A stretch of DNA of 64,000 nt, from the IMG/VR virus record IMGVR_UViG_3300044946_000220, positions 38,035-102,034 of that record. One strand, 5' to 3'. A model generated the notes under the pieces. That model saw nothing but the letters and a program-made list of their open reading frames with translations. It searched no databases and was not told the origin of the DNA. Made by a program: the position numbers and the translations under genes. Positions 35,594 through 44,933 of the stretch are shown here, one piece after another (position 1 is the stretch's first letter; every line of letters starts with the position of its first letter). Origin of the DNA: a virus.

Positions 35594-38500
35594 GTAAGTC
35601 CCCGGCGGCGCCGGAATTTAGTATCATTGATATAAGCCTGGGGACAGGCCTCTCCCAGAAGTGGGACCCTCGGCTGCTGCCTTTGGGCCAAAGCGCTACT
35701 GCCACCAACCTTCTGGCATCCAAGCAGGGTAGCTTCAACAAGACGCAAGGATTTTCGACTCTCTCCTCCACCGATCCCGAAACCTCCGTCTCCGCCCTCG
35801 GCATCTCCCGCCTTACCTCGAAGGACTACGGCCTCGTAGCGGTTGCGGACGCCAACCCAGGCGGCGAATCGTGCGTTTGGTCTTACGACGAAGCTGGCAA
35901 CAACCTCTTCCTGAATGACAGGATCAGCGAAGTCTACATCCCGCCGACGGACACGGTGCTCGCTCAGAGCGACACGCCTGATGAACTGGACACGTGCGTC
36001 TGCCAGCTTCCAGGTTCGCCGTACGAACTACACGTGGGCCTCTTTGCCGACGGCCTGATCTACTACTCGGTCACACAAGCTACGGTGGAGGTTGGTACCA
36101 CTTCGGTTTCCCGCTCCTTCGTAGTGCCTACTTCCGGCGTTACCGTCCTCGATTCGCTGGGCCACACGTACGCCGCACCCAAGGTCATTCTCGTTGACAA
36201 CCAGGCCGTGCTTACGGTTGCGGACGCTGCCGGGGGCACAATCTACGGCACGAGCCTAGACATGCTGCAGCCGTGGCAGGGCTGGACGATTGCACGGACG
36301 CTCACCACGACAGCCGCGCAGCCAGCGTTTCCAGGCATCTCATTCGGCAACAACCCGACCGGCGTCTACGACACGTGCACGATCGACGACACGCCTTCCA
36401 GCGCGATCTTCCTTCTGGCGTACTTCAACACCAGCAACCTCTTCGTCATACAGCAGTTTGACAACACCTTCGGCGCGCTGTCCGTAGGCACGATCGCCGA
36501 TGCCGCCCTGTCCGGTAAGCTGCCAACGGCTATTGCGGTGCGTGCCAACATTTCGGACGGCGCCGCCTGGATTGCCTACGCGTACTGGTCCAACGGCTCG
36601 ACGACGCAGCCCACGACGACGGTCAACGCCGCCGCGCTGGTGTACCCGAGCCTTGCCGCGTCCTTCTCCACGCCATGCGTACTTGCCGGTGGCCTGACGA
36701 ACGGCAACAACTTCTACCCGCCGCCGCAGCTGATCGATATCAAGCCGGTTCCTGGCACGGTCAACGGCTTCGGCGACACGCAACAGGTTGTCTGGAGTCC
36801 GCCCCCGCTGCCGCGCTCTGGTGTGACGTCATACGCCTCTCCGGTAACGATCGGCGCCAACGAGTACAACAGCGACATCAGCTTTCCTTCCTCCTTCAAC
36901 ACGCCATGCGCCGCCATATTCCAGGCGGCCTGTTACCCGTTCTTCGGCGCCACCCAGCTGCACCATAACCAGCCGCGCTGGACGAACGGTGCCACGCTGG
37001 CCTCGCGCATGGCGGTGATTACGGATCCGCTGGGGGCCGCACACGCGTACCTAGCCGGCTGGATCCCGAGCAGCAACCTGATCCCAGGCGCCGACTCGCT
37101 ACAAAACTTCCAGGTGACTAATCCTGGTGGCGGGTACGCTATCAACGTCAACACCTCGTCAAACACTACACCGAATATCATTCAGGTTGCCTATCCGCCT
37201 CAGATCATATTCGACAACGCCGGCACGGGCGGCAGCGGCGCACAGGCTACGGTTGCCGTCAGCACTACGCCTGGCGCCACGTTTGGGCAAATCGTTGGGG
37301 TCGACGAAATCAGTGGCGGCTCAGGCTACACGTCGAAGCCTACCGTAAATGGTGGCTTCTCCGGCACGTTGGGCGCCGGTACGGCATCGTTTGGGACCGG
37401 GTTCTCTGGGACCGTAACCTATGGGTCGCTGGGCAACTTTATCGACGCCGCCGTTGTCTCCGGGGGCACCGGCTACAACACCGTGCCGAACTCCGTGCCG
37501 ATCATCCTAACGGCGCTGTCGGCACTCGACGTGACTGGGTTTTTCGGATATGCCGTAGTGAACGCTGCCGGCGTGATCGCTGGCATCAGCGTCGTGTCAC
37601 AGGGAGTGGCGGACGCGCCTGGGACATACTCCATTACGGACGCCACTGGCGGATTCTCTGGCACGATTTCATACGACCTTGCCGAAGTCACTTCGCAGGA
37701 CATCCAGGGCACCTTCTACCTGTTCTGTATGGACACGTTTTCGGACGCGACCTCGCCGAACGGGCTTGGCGGTACCGGCAACGTACCGCTTCGCATGTGC
37801 GGCCTCTGGCGCCCCCGCCTCGGCAAGATCGGCATGTTTGCGACGGCTCATGTCCTGCCACACCTGGTGGCAAACCCCAACGCCAGCGCTACGGGCAACC
37901 TATTCCAGACGGACTTGCCGATCGACGTCTCCTCCCTGGAGGCCGTAGGCACTGCGTGCAGCGCGGACTTTGGCAACGAGTACAGCTACCATGCCGACGA
38001 GCTGGGCGGCCTTGTGGGCTTCGCTGGCGGCCTCCCGTGCCTCTACGACGGTTGCCGCACCGCCGACTACGCCTTCCCTTACTACCCAGAGAACGTCGTC
38101 CAGGCGCCCAACTCGCCCAGCACGGTGGCCATTGGCGCCAACATACCGTCAGGCACGTACCAGTACATCGCGATCTATACGCGCAAGGACTCGCAAGGAA
38201 ACATCCATCGGTCCGGCCGCAGCGTAGCCGCAACCGTCTCGCTTCCCACAGGCGCGGGGCCGTACCTGGTCACGCTGAACGTCCCGACGATGGGCTACAG
38301 CACAGCTCAGCGAGGGCTTTCCGCCGAGGACGTAGCGCTGGGCATCCCGCTGGGGCCTGCCGAGACGGTGGAACTTTACCGCACGGAAAACGGTGGCACC
38401 AACTTCCACAGCATTCGCCCATGGACTGTGCCAGGTCAGTTGCCCGTTACGACGTTCCCAGCCAACAGCCTGTCTGTTCCATTCGTCCAGATCCAGGACG

Positions 38501-39699
38501 GCATCACCGACGCAGACCTCGTCAACAACCCGCTCCTGTACGGAGACGGAAGCGACGGAATCACCCCCGGCAGCATCGTTGACAACCTTTGCCCTCCTCC
38601 GCTTCAGGGCCTCATCACACACAAGCAGCGCTGGTGGGGCTACGACGGCAATCAGGTTTGGTACACCAAGGCCTGGACGGACGGCGAAGGCCCCGGCTGG
38701 AATGAGCTGTTCGCTTTCTCCGTAGACGACGGGCCCGGCAACATCACCGCGCTTGCCACGATGGACGAGCGTCTGTTCATCTTCAAGCGAGACCGTATCT
38801 TTTATGTTACGGGTGACGGGCCAGACGACAACGGAAGCCAGCAAGACCTGCAGCCGCCACAGCGCGTGCAAAGCGACGTTGGTTGTATCAACTGGCGCAG
38901 CGTTATCGGAACGCCCGCGGGCCTGTGGTTCCAGTCGGACAACGGCCTGTACGTCATGACGCGCAAGCTGGAAGTGCAGCCCTCCGGCAAGTTCGTAGAG
39001 GACACGCTTGCGGCGTATCCGGACATCACTTCTGCCACGCTGGACATGCGCAACGGACTGGTGGTTTTCACAGCCAACGGACCTTCGCCAACCGTGCCGG
39101 GAGATACGATTGGGACTCTGATCCTTTACAGCTGGGTCCTCGACACCTGGTCCACTGGCGTCCTGAACTCCGGAGATTCACTAGCTCCCGAGTTGGAGAG
39201 TGCGGTTCTTTCTGGCCCAAGCTTGGCGTATACCACGACGGATGGTGTTTCAGCTATATACCGTCAGACCACAGGCACTGGCGCTGGCTCCTACTTTGTG
39301 AACGGACAGTATCAATCTCTGGACTGGGTCTCGCCGTGGACACACTCTCCATCGCCACAGGGCTGGATGCGAGCGGAGATGATCAACCTTCTGTGGGACG
39401 ATCCGGATCCTCACGCACTTACGGTTCAGGTGGCGTACAATTATTCCAACGTGTGGGTAGATTCATGGACCGTTGGTGCCACGTCGCAGGCCGCAAGGAC
39501 GACGCCGTTGGTTCAATGGCAGTTCCAGCCGACGGTCACTCAGATAGAAAGCCTCAGAATACGAGTAACAGACGCAGCTGACGCTACGGTACCACCCATA
39601 TCCGGTGAAGGCCCCACGCTTATTGGCGTGTCGCTTCAGTACGTTGACTTGGGCGGAAATATGCGCTTCTCGATCAGTCAGAGAGGCTCTGCTCCATGA
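35590..39699 (+). CDS. tail nozzle (tail tubular protein B-like) with inserted domains
   Basis: 1369 aa beta-rich; GNITALATMDERLFIFK, DVGC; located after adaptor. Confidence 0.78.
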   Translation: MSKSPAAPEFSIIDISLGTGLSQKWDPRLLPLGQSATATNLLASKQGSFNKTQGFSTLSSTDPETSVSALGISRLTSKDYGLVAVADANPGGESCVWSYDEAGNNLFLNDRISEVYIPPTDTVLAQSDTPDELDTCVCQLPGSPYELHVGLFADGLIYYSVTQATVEVGTTSVSRSFVVPTSGVTVLDSLGHTYAAPKVILVDNQAVLTVADAAGGTIYGTSLDMLQPWQGWTIARTLTTTAAQPAFPGISFGNNPTGVYDTCTIDDTPSSAIFLLAYFNTSNLFVIQQFDNTFGALSVGTIADAALSGKLPTAIAVRANISDGAAWIAYAYWSNGSTTQPTTTVNAAALVYPSLAASFSTPCVLAGGLTNGNNFYPPPQLIDIKPVPGTVNGFGDTQQVVWSPPPLPRSGVTSYASPVTIGANEYNSDISFPSSFNTPCAAIFQAACYPFFGATQLHHNQPRWTNGATLASRMAVITDPLGAAHAYLAGWIPSSNLIPGADSLQNFQVTNPGGGYAINVNTSSNTTPNIIQVAYPPQIIFDNAGTGGSGAQATVAVSTTPGATFGQIVGVDEISGGSGYTSKPTVNGGFSGTLGAGTASFGTGFSGTVTYGSLGNFIDAAVVSGGTGYNTVPNSVPIILTALSALDVTGFFGYAVVNAAGVIAGISVVSQGVADAPGTYSITDATGGFSGTISYDLAEVTSQDIQGTFYLFCMDTFSDATSPNGLGGTGNVPLRMCGLWRPRLGKIGMFATAHVLPHLVANPNASATGNLFQTDLPIDVSSLEAVGTACSADFGNEYSYHADELGGLVGFAGGLPCLYDGCRTADYAFPYYPENVVQAPNSPSTVAIGANIPSGTYQYIAIYTRKDSQGNIHRSGRSVAATVSLPTGAGPYLVTLNVPTMGYSTAQRGLSAEDVALGIPLGPAETVELYRTENGGTNFHSIRPWTVPGQLPVTTFPANSLSVPFVQIQDGITDADLVNNPLLYGDGSDGITPGSIVDNLCPPPLQGLITHKQRWWGYDGNQVWYTKAWTDGEGPGWNELFAFSVDDGPGNITALATMDERLFIFKRDRIFYVTGDGPDDNGSQQDLQPPQRVQSDVGCINWRSVIGTPAGLWFQSDNGLYVMTRKLEVQPSGKFVEDTLAAYPDITSATLDMRNGLVVFTANGPSPTVPGDTIGTLILYSWVLDTWSTGVLNSGDSLAPELESAVLSGPSLAYTTTDGVSAIYRQTTGTGAGSYFVNGQYQSLDWVSPWTHSPSPQGWMRAEMINLLWDDPDPHALTVQVAYNYSNVWVDSWTVGATSQAARTTPLVQWQFQPTVTQIESLRIRVTDAADATVPPISGEGPTLIGVSLQYVDLGGNMRFSISQRGSAP

Positions 39700-40417
39700 C
39701 CGCTATGAGCGACCCTATTTCCCGCAACGCTTCGTCCGTCATGCCGCGCTTACGGATTGCATACTTGGCCACACGTAGTAGCGCTGCGGCGTCATCGGAA
39801 ACCTGTCCGATGGCCCTATTACACGCCGAGTGCAGCAATCCTCGTACGCAATTCCCGCAGGTTTTCCTCTTTGAGTCACAGCACGAGTGGTCATGATCGA
39901 CCTCAACAGTCATCGGGCCCCTGCCTCCCGCAATCATCGGCAGGTGGCAGGCGTCGCAGAGGCCCATCTGACGCTTCCACATGGCGTCTATGTCCAGTCC
40001 AAATCGGGACCTGTATCTGTTGCTGCGTTCCTTTTTCAACACGGCGGCCCGCTCCTTATCGTTGCGCCTCGCCGTCTGCGCAACGCTGGAGCATTGTTTA
40101 CACCAACACTCAAGACCAGAAGCCGTGCCTATGTTTTTTCCGAAGTCGTCTGATGACTTCGTTTCCCCGCACTTGGGGCATAACTTCTCTTTTACGGTGA
40201 CGCCAGGCAGTTCACCGGCCAGCCTCTTCGCTTTCACCACCTGCCGCCACTCCCTTGTTCTCTCGCTTGCATGCTTTCGGCAGTAGTGAGCGCGGCCAAA
40301 TTCGCCGCCACGCTGTGGACTGAACTCTTCTACTGGTTTACGGAAACCGCACATGTTGCACATCTTCAGAACCGGCGTCGACTCACCGAACAAGTCTGTT
40401 TGCTCCGTCATAAACAC
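39674..40417 (-). CDS. endonuclease VII-family homing endonuclease with two zinc-finger repeats
   Basis: CNMC, CPKC; VDHDHSCC...CGNCVRGLLHSACN. Confidence 0.9.
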   Translation of the reverse strand: MFMTEQTDLFGESTPVLKMCNMCGFRKPVEEFSPQRGGEFGRAHYCRKHASERTREWRQVVKAKRLAGELPGVTVKEKLCPKCGETKSSDDFGKNIGTASGLECWCKQCSSVAQTARRNDKERAAVLKKERSNRYRSRFGLDIDAMWKRQMGLCDACHLPMIAGGRGPMTVEVDHDHSCCDSKRKTCGNCVRGLLHSACNRAIGQVSDDAAALLRVAKYAIRKRGMTDEALREIGSLIAVMEQSLSD

Positions 40418-40449
40418 GCGTTCGATTGACGCGACCCAGGTATACTGAC

Positions 40450-42996
40450 ATGCCCAACATTGCTAGCGGGTTCAACTTACTTCCGCAAAACCAGGGTTTG
40501 CAGGGCGTTAGCCAGCAGGGCATTGCCGGCACTGGCGCTCAGAATAACGCTCTCGGCTTGGCGCAGCTTGCGGCCACAGGTCAGGTCCCGAGCGCCGCAG
40601 ACATGCAGATGCGGAGCGGACTTCAGCAGGCCCAGCAGGCCGCTGGCGCTCAAGCCGCCTCCACGCGAGGTTCCCTGGGTCTTGCCGGGGCCCAACGAGC
40701 TGCCATGGCAACTCAAGCCGGCCTTGCCCAGCAAGCAGTCAACGCGGGCGCAGCGCAGCGCGCGCAAGAGCAACAGGCAGCGCTGTCCCAATACGGGCAA
40801 CTGGCTGGACAGCAGCGCTCGCAAGATCTTCAGGGCGACACCAACACCCTTCAGCAGGCCCAGGCCAACGCTCAGTTGGCGCAACAGCAGCAGCTGGCCA
40901 ACCAGGGCATGAGCAGCAACATCCTCGGCGGCGTTGCTGGTCTCGCAATGAAGGCGGCGCCCGCGCTTGCGATGATGTCCGACGCAAACGCCAAGACTGA
41001 GCTGTCCTACGGCGACATGCCGGTTGGCACCTCCTACCTTCAGGAGCCTGGCGGCCCCCACGACGGGCATACTCCGGCCAGTTTCGCCTTCCGCGAGGAA
41101 AGCGCCGGCCCTGGCCACGAAGGCTTTGTCGCGCTGATCGATCACCAGAGCGGCAGGATCGGAAAGGTCCCGCAGGTGCCTCTTACGCGCTCAGAAGCAG
41201 CCCAGGTGATGGCCCCGCATGGCGCCGGCCCAATAGGCCGTCACGGTGACATGGCGCTCGGCGTTGCCGGCGTGGCTCCCGCTATGAAACAGCGGTACGG
41301 AGACATGCCCGTTGGCGAGCCCGATCACCAGCCGATTGGCAACGTCTCCACCTACCAAAACGCAGATGGAACCTGGGGACGTGACGAGCCTCAGTCCTCC
41401 AGCGGGCCTGCGCCTATGGGCATGGCCAACGCCAAGAATCCTGCGGACGAAGCTTCCGACGCATCTCTCCGCGCCATGACCGCTCCCGGAGGCTTCGCTG
41501 GTGGCTACCGTCCCGACAGGGGCAGCCTCACCTTCAGCGGCCCCTCCGAAGCGGCCGACGCGCAGAAGCCTGTGTCCTGGCTGGACAAGCCGCCGCCCGA
41601 AGGCATTAGCTCCGACGCCGCCTTGCAAAAGCTCGGCTTCTCTCTTGGCGTTGGCGGCGCACTCGGCTCCAGCGACAAGGGCCCCCGCTCAACTTGGGGC
41701 GCTGCCGACTACGGCATGAAGCCGCCCAGTCCTGGCATCGCCCGCTTCACCGGCCAGGAAGACCCTTCGGCCAACCAGACCTTTGACGAACTCGCACAGT
41801 CTCACGCGGGGCAAGGCGGCACCGTAAACCAGGCCGCGCTTGACGATCGCATGACGTCCGACGCTGGCGCAAAGGACGAAGCGCATTACCAGGGCTACCT
41901 GCGAGGAATCAAGGAAGCCACCGCTCCGGACAGCATCGCGAAGGTAAGCCACCTAGCCCCATACATGGATGCAGGACGTCCTGGCGACTCTTTCGTCATG
42001 AGCCCGCACGGCTATGTACCAGCCGAACCGCCTCAGCCCACGCAACCGCTTCTTGCTCCGTACAAGCCGGCTTCTGGCGACCAGCCAGCGCAGGTGCTTT
42101 CGCCCACTGGATACGTGCGCGCAGATCCGCCACCGCCTCCGCAGGAAGGGCCCGTCAGGTACGCGGATCGCATTTACAACGACGAGCCCATCGGCCCGCA
42201 ACCTTCTGCGCCCGCCCAAGACTATCGCGGCATGCAGATCCCTGCCGGCCAAGAAGGTGGCTGGTCCACGGGAGCACCGGCACCGGAAACGAACCCAATC
42301 CAAGCTGGCTTCGGCGCCGCGGTTGACAAGATGGATGCGGCACAGAAAAGCTATGCCAATTGGCGTAACGCGGCTTCGGTGGCGGACAGGCAGATCGCAC
42401 AAGATCAGCGCGCGCAGCCATCTCTACTGAAGACGGTTGGCAACAGCCACGCTTCCAACGCGGAAAAACCGTCCGGTTTCGCGTCTGCGTCCGGCACTGC
42501 ATTCAAGGATGCCTCCGGAACCGGGTACTACGTACCTAACGGCGGCCACCGTGCCCTCGAAATGCTTGCTGGGCCGACCGGAGTCGTACCCGCAGAAGGT
42601 CAGTTCCGAGGCATTGTGCGCCCAACAGCGGAACCTGATGCCGTTACATCCGACGCGCGCGCGAAGCAGATGGAGGCTTCGCATCCTGGGTTTGCGGCGG
42701 CTAGCCAATTCATGGATGCGCTCGAACCTCATGCCTATACATGGAGGGACAAGTCGGTTGCGCCCAATTCTGGAGCGGCCAACTCGCCGAACATCGGAGT
42801 GTTTGCGCAGGACGTAGAAAAGACCCCGTTTGGCGCCTCTATTGTACAGCGCGACCCGCACACCGGGTACCGCACGATGGACAAGTCAGCGCTGCTTGGA
42901 GCGCTTGCGGCCAGTGTTGGTGCAACCAAGAAGCTGAGCGACGATCACGCGATGCGAATCGAGCAACTTGAGCGCGCCATGGGCACGAGGCGATAA
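40450..42996 (+). CDS. internal virion/ejection protein with C-terminal peptidase S74 domain
   Basis: Gln/Ala/Gly-rich N-terminus; TSDARAK, YTWRD, IGVFAQDVEK, RIEQLE. Confidence 0.8.
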   Translation: MPNIASGFNLLPQNQGLQGVSQQGIAGTGAQNNALGLAQLAATGQVPSAADMQMRSGLQQAQQAAGAQAASTRGSLGLAGAQRAAMATQAGLAQQAVNAGAAQRAQEQQAALSQYGQLAGQQRSQDLQGDTNTLQQAQANAQLAQQQQLANQGMSSNILGGVAGLAMKAAPALAMMSDANAKTELSYGDMPVGTSYLQEPGGPHDGHTPASFAFREESAGPGHEGFVALIDHQSGRIGKVPQVPLTRSEAAQVMAPHGAGPIGRHGDMALGVAGVAPAMKQRYGDMPVGEPDHQPIGNVSTYQNADGTWGRDEPQSSSGPAPMGMANAKNPADEASDASLRAMTAPGGFAGGYRPDRGSLTFSGPSEAADAQKPVSWLDKPPPEGISSDAALQKLGFSLGVGGALGSSDKGPRSTWGAADYGMKPPSPGIARFTGQEDPSANQTFDELAQSHAGQGGTVNQAALDDRMTSDAGAKDEAHYQGYLRGIKEATAPDSIAKVSHLAPYMDAGRPGDSFVMSPHGYVPAEPPQPTQPLLAPYKPASGDQPAQVLSPTGYVRADPPPPPQEGPVRYADRIYNDEPIGPQPSAPAQDYRGMQIPAGQEGGWSTGAPAPETNPIQAGFGAAVDKMDAAQKSYANWRNAASVADRQIAQDQRAQPSLLKTVGNSHASNAEKPSGFASASGTAFKDASGTGYYVPNGGHRALEMLAGPTGVVPAEGQFRGIVRPTAEPDAVTSDARAKQMEASHPGFAAASQFMDALEPHAYTWRDKSVAPNSGAANSPNIGVFAQDVEKTPFGASIVQRDPHTGYRTMDKSALLGALAASVGATKKLSDDHAMRIEQLERAMGTRR

Positions 42997-44933
42997 TGGC
43001 CGATCCCAAGCCCGTAGTCGACATCGACAGCCCGAACCTCGAAGGACTTTCCGAGCCTGACGCATACGAGATGATGCGCAAGGGCAAGCTTGCCGAGTCT
43101 GACTACAACGCCGTTGTTATGGCCAACAAGGCGGCTCCAGCACCCGCCGCTGCGCCAGTTCCCGATCAGGAGGCGCCACCCGAGCCGGCGCCGGACGTAT
43201 TCAATGGCGTCTCCTCGCCGGAACCGATGGCGAATCCGCAGGCTGGCGGCGACGCGCCAACGCAGGCGTACAACAAGGAAACGGGCCGCTGGGATCTTAC
43301 TCCCGCCGGCAAAGAAGAGCGCTGGCGCAACCTTGCGGACGAAGAGATCGCAAAAGACAACGCCCGGCGCGTAGAGTCCGGAGAACGCCTCTCCGGCTCC
43401 GTTGGGTACGACAAGTCTCGCGACACAGAGGCCAGCGCCCCGGCGACTCCGCCACAGCAGACTATCAACGTCCCCGCAGGAAGCGTTGCCCGCGTTTCTC
43501 CTCGCATCGGCGAGTTGATTCGGCGCGGCGAAGGCGACCAGTACACCGGCGTTGGCGAGCAGGAAGAAGCGGAGTCCGATCAGGCCCAGGAGCTTGCCGC
43601 AGCCAAGGCGCAGGCCGCCGAGGACATGCGCGTCCGTCAGCTTCAGGACGAGCAGGATCGCTCCAGGGCTAAGGACACGCTGGATGCGCACCTCGCGCAG
43701 ATACAGGCACGCTCCGACGCCGTAGCCTCCAAGAAGGTTGACCCTGAAGCGTATTTCAAGGGCCTCAGCACTGGCCAGCGCATTCTTGACATCATCGGCA
43801 TGACGCTCAGCGGCGGCCTTGAGGGCTTCCAGGGGCGCGCCAACACGGGTGCAGACTTCATCAACAAGGGCATCAACGACAGCATCGAGGCCCAGAAGTC
43901 AAACCTGGAAAACGAGCGCCACGGCATCGACACAGACAAGGACATCTACGCACGCAAGCTAGAGATGTTTGGCGACACGGAGAAGGCGAAAGCCGCCGCA
44001 CGCCAGGACGCACTTGCCGCCTCCATTCAAGCAATCGACGCCCTTGCAGCCAAGTACAACTCGCCCATCATTCGCGCCCGCGCCGACCAGCTAAAGGGTC
44101 AGTTGCTCCAGCAATTCGGCCACGACCAAGCCACCCTGGAAACGTGGGTTCCGGCGCATACGGTTACCACTGGCGGCCCTGGCAGCGAAGGCATCATCTC
44201 CGACATAAAGCGCGAGCAGGTAATCAATCTCCCAACAGGTGAAGCTGTGGCCATTTCAGACACGGCTCAACGCGAGAAGGTTGATGGGGCGCTTACGGTG
44301 GCCAACGCAGTTAGCGACTCTATGGGCAAGATCAAGTCGCTGCTTGATCAGCCGGCTACCGCGCGCCTCACGCCCAGTTGGCAGCATGCGTACAGCGCGG
44401 CCACGAAGGTGTTCACCAGCCCTGAGATTCAGATGGGCGCAGGCAAGGGTGGCATCGGCACGTTCAAGGTGTTCGCCGATCCGCTCAAGCTCACATGGGG
44501 CGTCCTCGGCAAGAGCGGCGCGCTTGAGGCGGCTAACACGATTGTGGACGCCAAGCACAGGGAGGCCGAGGAGCTCCTGAAGCGCGCCAATCCGATCTCC
44601 GTAAAAGAGGTCTCACACCTGAACCCGAAGACCAAGGAGTATGAACAGAAGTTCATAGTTCTTGGCAAGCGCACCGGTTCTGCGTTTCCCGGCGGTGGCG
44701 CAGACGCTAGTGACGCCATTCGCAGCATGGGGGCTACGCCTGGCAACGACGCGCCTGTTGCGTTCACGCCAACGTCTCCCGGTGCCGGCGTCAACGTGAA
44801 GCCGTTTGACGTTGTAAAGCCGCCGCCCAAGGCGTCCGGTGGCGCCGCCGTTGCGCCCAAGGGCAAGGCGGCGGGTAAGGGCTCCGTACCGAAAGCTCCG
44901 GCAGACACATTTAGACTTCCGGCGCCACGCTAA
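42996..44933 (+). CDS. internal virion/ejection protein
   Basis: Helical, TAATG-coupled, positional. Confidence 0.7.
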   Translation: MADPKPVVDIDSPNLEGLSEPDAYEMMRKGKLAESDYNAVVMANKAAPAPAAAPVPDQEAPPEPAPDVFNGVSSPEPMANPQAGGDAPTQAYNKETGRWDLTPAGKEERWRNLADEEIAKDNARRVESGERLSGSVGYDKSRDTEASAPATPPQQTINVPAGSVARVSPRIGELIRRGEGDQYTGVGEQEEAESDQAQELAAAKAQAAEDMRVRQLQDEQDRSRAKDTLDAHLAQIQARSDAVASKKVDPEAYFKGLSTGQRILDIIGMTLSGGLEGFQGRANTGADFINKGINDSIEAQKSNLENERHGIDTDKDIYARKLEMFGDTEKAKAAARQDALAASIQAIDALAAKYNSPIIRARADQLKGQLLQQFGHDQATLETWVPAHTVTTGGPGSEGIISDIKREQVINLPTGEAVAISDTAQREKVDGALTVANAVSDSMGKIKSLLDQPATARLTPSWQHAYSAATKVFTSPEIQMGAGKGGIGTFKVFADPLKLTWGVLGKSGALEAANTIVDAKHREAEELLKRANPISVKEVSHLNPKTKEYEQKFIVLGKRTGSAFPGGGADASDAIRSMGATPGNDAPVAFTPTSPGAGVNVKPFDVVKPPPKASGGAAVAPKGKAAGKGSVPKAPADTFRLPAPR

